NCBI GenBank assembly: GCA_037379345.1
Contig: CM074517.1
Location: 14,880,001 to 14,944,000, forward strand
Length of the DNA: 64,000 nucleotides
Direction of reading: 5' to 3'
Source of the DNA: Perna viridis
Lineage: Eukaryota
The position numbers and the translations under genes are program-made. The notes under the pieces were generated by a model that was not told the DNA's origin, made no database searches, and was given only the letters and a program-made list of their open reading frames with translations. This document shows, in pieces, positions 27,355 to 39,188 of the stretch (position 1 is its first letter; every line of letters starts with the position of its first letter).

Positions 27355-28060
27355 CCTAAGAGTAATCAATTTAAGGCAACGAAGATTCGAGCGGAAATCA
27401 AAGAAATAAATTCCAATGATGAAGAATTGACAGAGAAAACAGACACACACAACAAAGAACCAATGATGAAGAATTGACAGGGAAAACAGACACACACAAC
27501 AAAGAATCAATGACAAAGAATTGACAGGGAAAACAGACACACACAACAAAGAACCATTGATGAAGAATTGGCAGGGAAAACAGACACACACAACGAAGAA
27601 CACGACATAACCAAAATAACCAAAATAAAACGTACACAGAAACAAATGTAAATGAGCAAACCGGACTCCACTTAAACTGGGAGCATGTACCAGATGCATC
27701 AGTAGGGCAAGTGTCCTTTGCTTTTCTAGAAACATTCGCCAAGTTGCTCATAAAATGTCACGTCCGGGGTAGACAAAAGGGGAAAGGAAACTGACACGGT
27801 GAAAAAAAATCGGTTCTCATGGTACAGATGATTAAACTATAACGGGCAACGATTACATGATGATAAAACTTTTGTAGTGATGACTTTAATCTTGTAGCAA
27901 CATACAAGTAACCCTGTTCCAGAAGCCTAATTGCAAGAAGTCTTGCAAAGTACAAAATTTCCGCGTAGTCTCGGCAAGCTCTGGCATAACGTATGAGCTG
28001 TAATATGACAATACTTACGCAGGTACCGAAGGGATAGTGTCACAGAATATCCAAAAAAGC
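27355..28060 (-). mobile_element. Decayed 3' end of a Penelope-like retroelement (RT C-terminal region plus 3' tail)
   Basis: The minus strand translates IPSVPA*..VILQLIRYARACRDYAEILYFARLLAIRLLEQGY..RLKSSLQKFY, matching the recalled PAYGVYISQLIRYARAC...QGY...LxKFY motif of Penelope-like RTs. Stops and frameshifts are present. It is followed by the tail shared with the other copies listed here. Confidence 0.75.
27414..27601. repeat. 47-bp tandem repeat, 4 copies
   Basis: CAATGATGAAGAATTGACAGGGAAAACAGACACACACAACAAAGAAC-like units start at 27414, 27461, 27508 and 27555. Confidence 0.95.
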
Positions 28061-28274
28061 TGTGGATGAAGATCACCACGAATCATGTTAACCCTGCGTA
28101 AATGCGTTGTCCTTTTTTCTAGAAGGATGAATGCTCATATCTTCACGATGTGACAAACAAAGTTCCTGTTTTAATGCGCAATGAGCTTTTCTCTAACTTA
28201 ATATGTTAGTTAAGAACATGCGGATGAACATGGACTTACCGTCTACTGAACATTTTACAACCTTTCTGAGAAAA

Positions 28275-28500
28275 TTGGTACAATATCTTCACTTCAAAAG
28301 TTCTACGACCGTTAAGCATGAACTTGTTGATCGTTATGGTATACCAATCTCCAATGTGACGGTGTATATTTCTCTCATTATAATGAAGTACTACTGCATT
28401 TTTTTTAATTAAAAGAAAACAGAAAGGGGTTTCCCTATTAGTGCACCTATTCCTTGCCCGAGGGTTTGTGTGGAGTCAACGTTGATCATTTACGTTTAGC
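28275..28500 (+). mobile_element. Second Penelope-like RT C-terminal fragment in the opposite orientation
   Basis: Translates, with a frameshift, SSLQKFYDR-HELVDRYGIPIS, which is homologous to the end of the minus-strand fragment. Confidence 0.6.
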
Positions 28501-30642
28501 TAGCTTCTTATTTGTTTGGTTTCTGTAATCAGAAAAGGTGACTTTGGTTTTTTGTTTGTGTTGTGATAAGAAGAAACCTTAGTTTAGCACATTATATCAC
28601 CTTTAGGTGAATTGCTTCGACGAAATTGTCAAAACTTGTGACCTGTCGCAAATTTAGTCCTCTAAAGTCGAAATGTGTGTCTTAAGACTCGAAAACACGC
28701 AATTGATCTATAATATTATGCCATATAGTGGGTAATTTTCGCGGTGTGCTAATTTTGCCGTATTTTAGCGGTCGGATTTTTCTATATGTAGATGCAAGTA
28801 TATTTATCAGCTAATGTCCATCCGAAGTTTAAAATATTTTTGTTTACTTCAGCGGGAATTAGGAGTGGAATATTAGACAACGACCATTTTTTTTCCAACG
28901 CAGTCGGTATTGAATTAGCTATGACATCACGTGACATCCACCATGCTTAACCATGGCAACATAACCGATGCTCTTACAACCTGGCATTCCATTGAACAAA
29001 TGTGATAGCAACCGTGGAATTTAAGGCTCCATTGGGACATTGTCCGGAATATTTTTAAGATCAAAGATCATAATAGATATAGCAGTCACCTGAGCCTATA
29101 GATTTGAAAATACCTGTTGCCATCAGCAATAAGACAAAACTGCGGGAAAATAGTTCCATTGGCATACCCCGTTAAGGTTCAAATGCAGATAGTTAGGTCT
29201 CTCGTATAGGCATTTTTAATATACGTTATTATTATTAACGACAATTAACTAACCCAATAAACAACTTTTATTGCAAATTAAATATGCTGATTAATTCGGT
29301 TTGAATTAACAACGATTCTATAAAAAATAGTTGACATTTAACCTAATTATCAGTACATGTTGTTCATTTCTATCAAATAACCCGAAATAAACCAGTCGTT
29401 CACTGTTAATTTATTCAAATTGCCTATACATAGATGCTCTACTCTAAGACGCATAATAAACCATCACATGTATAGCTAGAAATGAGAACCCTTCGAAATT
29501 ATAAATACTCAACAATCCTAGAGAGGAAATGTTTTTTTAAGAGGAGATGAATGCTAAGCACTTTATTGAAAGGGCTGTCTTCAGATATTGTATGCAGACC
29601 CGGACTGATCCAAATATTTACAGAAGTGGTAAGTGATTCCCATAAAAAATTATTTGAAGAAAGGAAGGTCCAGGCTATTATTTGCCTCTAAATATATTTT
29701 TTTGCAAATGTTAGCAAAAGGATAATCCAACCTCCGAAAAAATTCCGATGTATCAAACATGCGTACATTATTTTATATAAACGGAGCTTTTCTATGCATT
29801 AAACCGATATGCCGGAAGGGAATGTTATAACATTTACGGTCATAGAAGACTTTTTCATCTGATATCCCTATGAACGAAAAAAAAAACGCCTATAAAAAAA
29901 ATGGCGGCTATATTGAAAACAAATAATTATGAACTGATGTTAGTCCTAACATATTTTTGTTCGGTTACAGTTTCGTGACATCGGAAGCCCGGAAATGACA
30001 AATAAAAATAAAACTTTGCTTAGACGATGGCATAGGAATTTTGATAATGCAAATTTCACAAGAATGGTGTCAGTCTGTGATCTGGTGATATATCTTTTCG
30101 TAATAATTATTCTATTTGGCTATTTGGCGATGTGTTTAGACAAAACAGTTGTAGATTATTCAGGGCTTTAAAAGTACCTAATTGTTTAAATTAAATTCAA
30201 AGACTTTACCGTTTATATCTGAAATCAGGTACCCAGAAACTTAGCGCTCTAAAATAACACATTGGTGTCTATGCGACAATTTGTAGCACTTGAGCTATAT
30301 AGCTTATCAACTGAGAAATAATTGTAGGTAGTTGAGAGGTATATGCATCTAAGGACAGACTTATTTCAACGATTGTGGCTTACGTTGAATGAGTTTCGAC
30401 CTGGAGGTCGAAAATTTGAAATTTAGGAATTGTGGAAGACCAACTTATAGTTCGTAGTTTAATTATGCAGTATGTCGGAAAGTTTTTTATTCATTCATCT
30501 GGGTGTTCCATTTAAACCGATATCGAACCTGAAAATACATATATACGAAATCTAGCGAACTGCTACGACGCCACGTGAATTTTTGTGTGATTTTTAAAGA
30601 TAAATTGAGCGTCCTTCGTAATCAGATTGTTGAATTTAAATC

Positions 30643-31145
30643 TGTTTGTTTGTTTGTTTGTTTGTGAGGTTTAATGCCCGAGCAGCAATATTTCAGCGAT
30701 ATTCAGGCGATGAAAATGAAATGATGATGAAATGAAAAATGGGGTCGGACACATGGATAATGGGGTCGAGAAATTTTGATTGCCACTGGAAAGGGGGAGA
30801 GGTTGGTAGGGTCGGGCAATTTAGCCTCCTGTGGCGGAGCCCTATGGTTCCTACTCCGGGAGAATACCACAGTAGGGTTCTTTAACGTGCGAGGAACGTG
30901 GCATCTTTCCCAACACGGTGCACCACTATGGTTTGCGGTCATGTTTCCGTATTATAACCTGACAACTCCAGCATGTAACACGCCAGGGGTACCCTATTCC
31001 ACCACCTGGGGCACACAACCCAGTTGCTCAGTGGGCAGAGCGCCCTAGCCCCCGGCTAGGGTTCTGAGCACTATTTAGTCGCCTTTTACGACAAGCCTAG
31101 CGCTGTTGCAGGCCTATTCTTTTGACACCCGGACCTGCACGGGTC
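30643..31145 (-). mobile_element. Apparently full-length non-autonomous retroposon (SINE-like) with a structured non-tRNA head and (CAAA)n tail
   Basis: A GC-rich ~500-bp island. The 5' end reads GACCCGTGCAGGTCCGGGT...GCTTGTCGTAAAAGGCGACTAA. A central CACGTTAAAGAACCC resembles Meta/Deu-type SINE domains. The 3' end GCTGAAATATTGCTGCTCGGGCATTAAAC is followed by a microsatellite tail. The 3' 350 bp or so aligns with 14347-14702. Confidence 0.85.
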
Positions 31146-31429
31146 AAATTAAGATGTTCTATGTTAATCATTTACAATAGTAAGCTTGTGTTTAGATACG
31201 TTTGAAGTCGATTCCCGTTCTTTCCTTTCAGCATATCCCCTCTGCCTATCCCTATTTTTGTAATTTGACGATTATTTGATGCGTAAAAATTAAAACGATT
31301 CATATAAGTTGATTCAGCACATCAGTACTTTGATTGAACATTTTCTTGATATTGATAGTAGTTGGATATCTATAAATTTACGGTTAAATATATTTTTGTT
31401 ATGAAATTGGTTTGTGGGTCTGTATGATG

Positions 31430-31480
31430 AAAGAGTAATCAAGGGAACCAAGGTTATAACGGTAATCAAAAGAATGTAAT
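31430..31480 (-). mobile_element. Terminal fragment of the Penelope-like tail
   Basis: AAAGAGTAATCAAGGGAACCAAGG...AATCAAAAGAATGTAAT is the reverse complement of the family terminus. Confidence 0.65.
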
Positions 31481-33769
31481 GTATTATCATTCATTCCAAT
31501 CTGTCTGCTCATAGGGAAAATCCAATAGATTCTATTGTATTTTAGTGTCATTTACAGAGTTGCCTCCCCTAATTTTGAATTCTACAGTACATTATATAAA
31601 ATTTTATCTCCAAAGAGCACGGATTATATGAAAAGCCACATGTTAATTTCTGTTGGCTATAACATTTTAAACAAAATATCAAAAATTAAAATATGTAGGC
31701 TTTCCAACAATGAACCACATTTTGCATGATTCTTAGCTGGAGTGCTACTTAATGACAGTTTTGAAGCATCTAATGAAAGTATAGAAACTTTCTACAACCG
31801 GAGTCTGTCCGCGGCTTGCCCCTGCAACCGCTTGAAGGACTCCACGCTGTAATGTCTTTATAGAAACGAAACTTAGACTAAGCACATAAACCGAGCAATA
31901 ACTATGGAGGTAAATCCAGAAACACAAAAGCGTTCCAATCCATGAAATTGAAACTACAATGTTTCAAAAGACTGTCAGTAATTGTGCAATATAGTAAAAA
32001 GAAATGATAAAAAAAATTAAATTTAGAAAAAAAAAGTGCTCAGATGTTCTGACAATACCTATGTTATAAAAAGTTCGTGAAAATAAATAACAGCCATTCC
32101 TGGGTAATCATTTGCAGTGAAAAATAAAAATGTATAAAAAATAAAATAAAAATTGGCATTTATGATATAGCTTAGTCAACTTGATTCGTGACAAATACTT
32201 TAGTGTCTTGCCGAAAATGAATGTACTGCAATTCCCATGAGTATTTTGTATTTGTTTTGTGGGCAATAAATGCAATATTTATGTCTATATTTCTACTGAT
32301 ACTTAGTCATGAAGCTTATGTAACAATCCTTCAGTACAATATATAACTCGTGGGAAAAGACTCACCTTGAATGCACGACAAGCCTGACCGTGAACGATAT
32401 CCGTTTTATTTGTATCCGGTTTTTCCAAGACATTTTCTTTTGTTCAAACGGCTGTTAGTGAGATGTTTCTGAATCACTCTTGGTTTATTTTAAGTTTTTT
32501 TGCTACAATGGAGCTTTTGAATATTTTTACTTGTTTTTTTATGTATTTTGCATTTTGTTTCTAAAGAAAGGTTTGTAGACTGTTGGTATATACTGGTTTT
32601 GATAAGTTTCCTGGTGGTTATAGATGACCCTTTGCTTGACATATTTTGAGAGATGGACTTTCCCTATTCGTTCTTTCACATGTTCATTTCTGAATAATAT
32701 GTGGACCGTAAGAAGAAAAAAAATCATCGCAAATGTCATCCGTGCACGAATCGCGCGAAGGTTCTAAGCCTCAAATATACTGATATACAGCATCATATAA
32801 TACAACTACATCTGATTAAAACAGGTTTAGCTAAGACTTCACTTTCACTGACAGTAGGCTATTAGGATACACTGTATAAGTATCAAAACCCACTGCTTTT
32901 ACCGGAGACTAATTATATGTCCCTTATTTTCGTTTTCTATAGTCCTTAAACGATATACAGTATTGTAAAACTGGAAATTGTTGTAAAACTTGTTATCAGT
33001 AACAAATATAAATTCGTGTCAAGTGTAACTATTACAGGAAGCATAAGTACGGCCAATAAACTTCTTCAATGATATTTCAATTGGTTTCAACATAAATCAT
33101 GTATGCCATACAAATTGTTTTGCGGTTGTTTTTGGTTTTTACAACCCGTTGTAATTTTTCTACACGTTATAAAAATCTTAGGTCGGTAGAGAAAAACGAA
33201 ATGGAAGGTTAGGTTTCTCCACAATCGTTGAGGCATTGTGTCTTAAGGTTTCACGTACAAACTTCTAGTGGAGGTATGTTTAATGTATGTTCACATTCAT
33301 CTCTTCACGTGATATGAATGCCTGGACAGGCACTTTCTATGACAAGTGTTACACAGAGACTTTGACGTTCAGGCTACCCATTCTGCATTAAAAACGGTTA
33401 GTATTGTCTTCCTTTTAACAACACAGTTACTAATATGATCATGTCTGCTAGTTCCGCGTCATGAAGTCAGAACAAGGAGCAAATAAGGGTTAGTAAGTGT
33501 ACAATGTGTTATTCCAAAAATTGTGTTTAATTTTTTTTGTTTCCCCAGAAGTAAGTAGCTTTGAATATCGATACCTGCATTGTTTACTCTACCGGTTTCA
33601 CAATGTCTTATATTTGGGATTGCTACGGAGTTTGTTTTTATATTTAGGCTTGTTTTTTTTATATCTCTCAATCTGAGGTGACAAAATATTTCTCAAAAGT
33701 AAGATAATATGTTAAAAATTCATAACCAATCAAGGCTAAATCCTATATATTGAATACTTGTGCCATTGT

Positions 33770-34065
33770 TTCAACGTGTCATAGTTTTCCTTTCCTCTTT
33801 CGTCTACCCCGGACTTGATATTTTTATGAGCAACTCGGCGGGTGTTTCTAGAAAGCAGAGGACGCTTACTCTACCGGTGCACCTGGTTCATGATCCCAGT
33901 TTTTAGTGGAGTGCGAATTGCTCATTTGCTTTTGTTACTTTGTATGTATTATTTTAGTTACTTCATGTTCTTTGTTGTGTATGTCTATTTTCCATGTCTG
34001 GTTTTTGTCCCTGGATTACATTCTTTAGACTACTGCTAGAACCTTGGTTCCCTTGGTTAGTCTTT
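33770..34065 (+). mobile_element. Solo 3' tail of the Penelope-like family
   Basis: GTCTACCCCGGAC...ATGAGCAACT...TTTCTAGAAA...CCCAGTTTTTAGTGGAG...GGTTCCCTTG aligns with the reverse complement of 27355-27800. Confidence 0.75.
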
Positions 34066-34295
34066 CGTATAACAAACATATACGCATTTCTCGTTTCTTT
34101 ATGAGAGTGTGTAAATTTCAGTCTTGGTTCTGTGAAAGTGTTATTAAGTGTGAGTCGGTGAACTGTTCTAGTAGTCCTTATGTATTATATTAAACGTTGA
34201 ACTATTTCCTTTTGTTTCATATACGTCATATATCACCATGAATTATGTCAATACAATTCATTTTTGTACAGTTAAACAGGAAAGATCCTTCTTAA

Positions 34296-34623
34296 GAGGA
34301 TGTCAATGCAAAAACCAGACAGTTGGTCGCAAAAGACAATTTTTGATATCACAAATGCATCCTGTCTCAAAGTTAAATTTGGTTTTTTTCATTAAATGTA
34401 ACGGTTAAAGAGAAATAAGTTAAATAGAAATTGAAATTTATTGAAAAAGGAAAGTAACTTTTTATTTTTGCGCAAAATTTGGTTGCTTTGTCATATTCTA
34501 AGCCAGCCATTAAAAAATCATGCGTACATTTTGTATGATATAAACATCACCTTGGAACCAAAAATTCAGTGAAAAAAAATTATGTTATGCCACCCATTGC
34601 CTGAATTTTACATGGACATCCTC
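34296..34623. mobile_element. Kolobok-like MITE with TTAA target-site duplication
   Basis: TTAA|GAGGATGTCAATG ... CATGGACATCCTC|TTAA; the imperfect TIR extends about 49 bp. Confidence 0.8.
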
Positions 34624-34949
34624 TTAAATCTTCTACAATATTACATCGTGCAGTATCAGATTCCAAGTTGCTTTTCAAAGAAATTTTTAGCCTTCTTTTC
34701 AGTGTAATGTATGGGTTTTGAAGGCGTCGTAGGAGAAATTTCAAAGAGACAAAACGACGTTTTGTTATTTATTTGTTATGCGAAATTTTACTTTGAACAC
34801 CGTACATAATTTGTTTGTTTGGCTTTTTTTTTAAGAATTTCATTTTTTTTTCAAATACATCAACATTCATGAAAGTTTCTAACGAATCAGGAATTAAGAT
34901 GACAATTTTTGAGATTTGTGAATGAGTTATTTTCTTGTAACAGCTACAA

Positions 34950-35086
34950 ACTACAGACAGTCCATCATGTCAGACGGAAAGGGGGTTACAGTTGCCCACT
35001 ACAGACAGTCCATCATATCAGACGGAAAGTGGGTTACAGTTGCCCACTATAAACAGTCCATCATGTCAGACCGAAAGAAGGGGGTT
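34950..35086. repeat. 48-bp tandem repeat, about 2.8 copies
   Basis: ACTACAGACAGTCCATCATGTCAGACGGAAAGGGGGTTACAGTTGCCC-like units start at 34950, 34998 and 35046. Confidence 0.95.
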
Positions 35087-38000
35087 TCATCTCAGGCTTC
35101 ATATATTTCGTTGGTTTGATACATGTTTTTATTATTATTGTGTGCTCTCGACAAAATGAATTTTCGTTGTCAATGACTGAATCCGTCAGAATGTATTCCA
35201 TTGCACACCTTGAATTGAGCTCCAGACTGCCTACACCTAACCGGTCTAACGTATCAATGGTACCATCAGTTATAATGTGAAATCACGAAACTTAGATATA
35301 TATACACTTTTTGTTTCCCTTTTATTAAAACCTTAAAGGTGAAGAAAACGAAACAAAAGTCAAACAAGTTTGTTTATGCCAAAGTTTCTCTAAGTCGTGT
35401 AAGAAAACAATTTATTAAAGACATGACCTGTCCTAATTACCAAAATTATATTCCTTCTTTAATCGTAAATAAAATATATACATGTTTGTAATATGATTTA
35501 CATGATATTCCACGTCACCGAAGAAGTATAAATCTCCAAGTGCATGTAATAAACAATCTAAAAACATTTGAAGAAACCGTAAAATCGCTACATGTTGCAA
35601 GGGCTACATATTTATTACCGGTGCCTAGGGGGGGGAAATTTAGTTATTCATTCGGGTATTTCATTTCTGAAAGACCTGGACTTCCTTAGCGGTTAATGTA
35701 TGTCCAATCGGCCGAAAAAACTATTTCTAATTTATTCATGGGTCTAATGTGTTTGTGGTAATGTCAAATTTCGGAAGTCACGATACCAAAGAAAAAATCA
35801 TTTTCGCTAGCACTGGAGTATAGAAGTGAGCGTTATCTGGTTAAACGGATAACGAAATTCGAACGGAATTTTATCTCGGGAATTAAATTTATGTTCTAGT
35901 GCCAACAGTTTCCTATTAGCAATGTTTACTTCTTGTTTTATGGAAGAATGTGCATAAAAATTGGAGTTAGTTAGAATAGTTCTAAATTTTCATCACGTGA
36001 CTTATGCAAAACTATCTCTTTCTTTGTTAGCTCCATTCTTTCATGGGATGCATTCTATTTTTGTTTTATGTGAATTAAACAAATATTCATTCCATGTTTA
36101 AATGGGATTTAAAAAGAATGGTCTGGAATATATGAAAACAGAAATGTTTGACAAGAAACGGTAAGTTTTTGTTGATTGTATATAAATAGTGCCATCTGTA
36201 ATCAGGAAAATGAAACAAACTACAAAAGCCGATGAAACAAACTACAGAAGCCAGATAACAATTTTAAATAATCTCTCAGAGATCTTGAAAGCATGGAATT
36301 ATTCTCTCAGAATACGATACTATACTGTAAACATAAAAGCAGGACTGGTTACGGGAAAGGTATATACTAGCGAACGAATATGTGTATCAACAGGTGATCT
36401 CTAACATCAGGAAGTTAGTTACAATGTGAACGAGTACGGTGTGTATGTTAAATATGTATGAATATTTACATGCATTAATAATAGGTTCATAAATGTCAAG
36501 GGAACGTATTTATTTGAACAAATCCATCGAAGCTCATATCTTTTAGTCAATGGGCCTGTTCGTCTGAAACGATTTTCTTGATTAAAAATAGATTTATACC
36601 GAAACTATGAGTAAGCATAAATAATCTTAATATAATAAAGGTGAAACTTAGCAATTTTTCTCTATCAAAAAGTATTGGTTTTTCGTTTGATACGACAGGC
36701 ACTATTCTTCTTGGTACAAACAAAGATATAGAGTTGTTTTCCTCATTCACTTGCGTGTACGAGGTAAATTTTGGGATTTCAACAGGTATACGACTTGTCG
36801 TTTTGAATTTCAATATATAGGTCTCCGCTGCAGTCTACAGTTACATCTTTTGACATACTATTATGCATAATTAACGTATGAAATAGTAAGTGGTCAAGGT
36901 CAATCGAAAAAGCAAATATACTCGTTTAAATAGTACCCGTCTGTCATAATTATTTTCACAACCAAAGCTTAAATTCGACAAACATAATCAACTTCAAGTT
37001 TAGACCAAGCAAGAAGTTCTAGACGAATGACGCTTGGTAATGCAAGTCATGACATCTAGAAATCCAGATATTACGCGATCTCGTTTGATTTTCTCAGACA
37101 GAAACTTTGCGATGACGATATAAGGTCAAAAACAATAAAACTGCACTTAATCTCAACATTCTTCGAGTAGCAATAAAACTTTCATATCGAAAATGATATG
37201 TGAGGCCATAAACCATGACAATACTAGATAAGCAAGGAAATACAAGTTCTTTTATCACTTATATAATCTGACTGATTATGGAAGCATATTTTTCTGGCTT
37301 CGTCGGGTGGTGGAATCAATCTTTTGCGAGGTTAGTTCTTATATACTAAGTGCTTGTGTAAGCGAAATGCCGTGCATATGCAATATGTAAGAGCATACTC
37401 AAACATTTCATATTAGGCGGATGTTTTATGTATAATATTGAAACACGCTGTTGTATGGAAATTGATTTTGTAAAAAGATGGAATTGTTTTTGATGAACAG
37501 AATGAAACTTGTCGCAAAGGTTTATCCAAAGCCTTTTATTTTATTTTTTTTTGTATTAAAAGTAACAGTAAAGTCATGGATAGTTCAGTTTTTTGTATAG
37601 AATTGAAATTTCACTCTAATTAATAAAGAAGTGAAAGACTTCTTTCACTTTTTGCAAAAATAACAAAATTAAGTAATGAATAATGGTTTATAAACTTAGT
37701 TTCAAATTATAATTTAAGTGTTTGTATAAGACTGAAACGTCATTCTTAATATACACCGATTGTCTTTCGCAATGTCGAACAATGCTTATGAGACCGAGGG
37801 ACCTCGCTAACAGCAAGGAAGCAGATAAAATGCTTGACGAAATTTTTAAAAAATTCTGGTACGGGATTTGCGTCTTGTCTGTTTTTTTTTTATGTAAAGA
37901 GTGTCTTTCACAATTAAAGATTGGTCGTATTGAAATGTCTAAATCCACTACTAATCATTTTATAGCGACGGCAAATACAAACTTCTGTACACGTATCTGT

Positions 38001-39069
38001 TCTTTTGTTTAGATCGCAAGAATATCTACGTTTGACTTGTCTAGAAAATCAATAGACTTTGGAACTATGTTACCGCAATGATTGAAACATTTTGTATGTT
38101 AATGTCTCCTCTAACAATGAAACTGTTTTTTTTCTAAATTTGGCAAGAAATAAAAATGTAAACATACTTTTATAAAAGGAGTGGACCACGCCTTGTGTTT
38201 TAATCTTGTGGTCGTAAAATATGAAGTATGTATGGTAAAAAGAAAGTCTAGGCAACAAGCGAGTACCATAAAACATATACTTTGATATGTCTTCTGTAGT
38301 ACCCCAACAGTAGACTGTAAAACTGACAATAATCCAGGTAGACTTCGTTGAAGGAGTATGTAAATATCACCCGAGAGTTTTGTGGGCCTCCAGAATGCTA
38401 TCACAGTTGGTCACATCATCGAAACGCATAGTAGAAATAAAAGGAAAGTCAACTTTTCAGTGCGACTGATACTTAGAAATTGAAGAGAAATAATAACATA
38501 TAAAATTATAAAAATGATTTAACTGAATGTGTAAGCATATTAAGTAGCATTATTTTCCGGCTATGAATGTCACATGACTTCAAAGAGAATATGCAAAATT
38601 AATGTATCTACTTTACTTTGATTTAAATAACTCCGATTAGTGATATAAAAAAAAACCTAAGTTTGTTTCTTGTTTACAGGTTAATTGCATATTAGTCTCC
38701 GTGGATTTCTTTTAATAGAAATAGGTCACTGGAACATTCTCTAAATTAGCTCTTGTCAATTAGGTCAGTCAGCTGAATCATTGAATATTTTTCAAATTCG
38801 TATTCTCCTTCGGATTTTATATTTCTTAATGAGTTTTAGATAATTGAATAACACAGTTGTAAATTAGTACAATCGATCCTGAAGTTCAAATGTCCCTATT
38901 AAGGCACATTCCATCAAATGAAATGATTTGGCAGATATTTCCTCCACAGTCTGTGTTTAGAAAGTCAACTATAGGAACCGTTTTCTAATTTGAGGTAGAT
39001 GTAACCTACATGAGGCCTTATCGATAGATGTGTCATTTATCTTTAGTTGGTGTCGTCTTAGTCTTATTC

Positions 39070-39188
39070 TTGTACATGAATAGTTAGAAGTATCTAAACT
39101 GAAAATGTACTCCCTGGACATAGAACAATTTTGTACATGTGTAGTTAGAAGTATGCTAAACTGAAAATGTACTCCCTGAACATTGGAA
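39070..39188. repeat. ~61-bp tandem duplication
   Basis: TTGTACATG..TAGTTAGAAGTAT(G)CTAAACTGAAAATGTACTCCCTG occurs twice. Confidence 0.9.

Noticed and set aside
27085-27751. 216-aa and 117-aa Cys/Phe-rich ORFs
   Set aside because: They are translations of the 47-bp tandem repeat and the retroelement tail, not a real protein.
30703-31048. Two overlapping ORFs
   Set aside because: They lie in the GC-rich retroposon; the second copy of the element has no matching ORF in the track.
22911-35086. CRISPR-like arrays among the tandem repeats
   Set aside because: Units are contiguous with no unique spacers, there are no cas genes, and the context is eukaryotic.
37417-37519. Cys-containing exon-like segment (GCFMYNIETRCC...FDEQNETCRK)
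   Set aside because: It needs a frameshift, has weak splice signals and has no companion exons.
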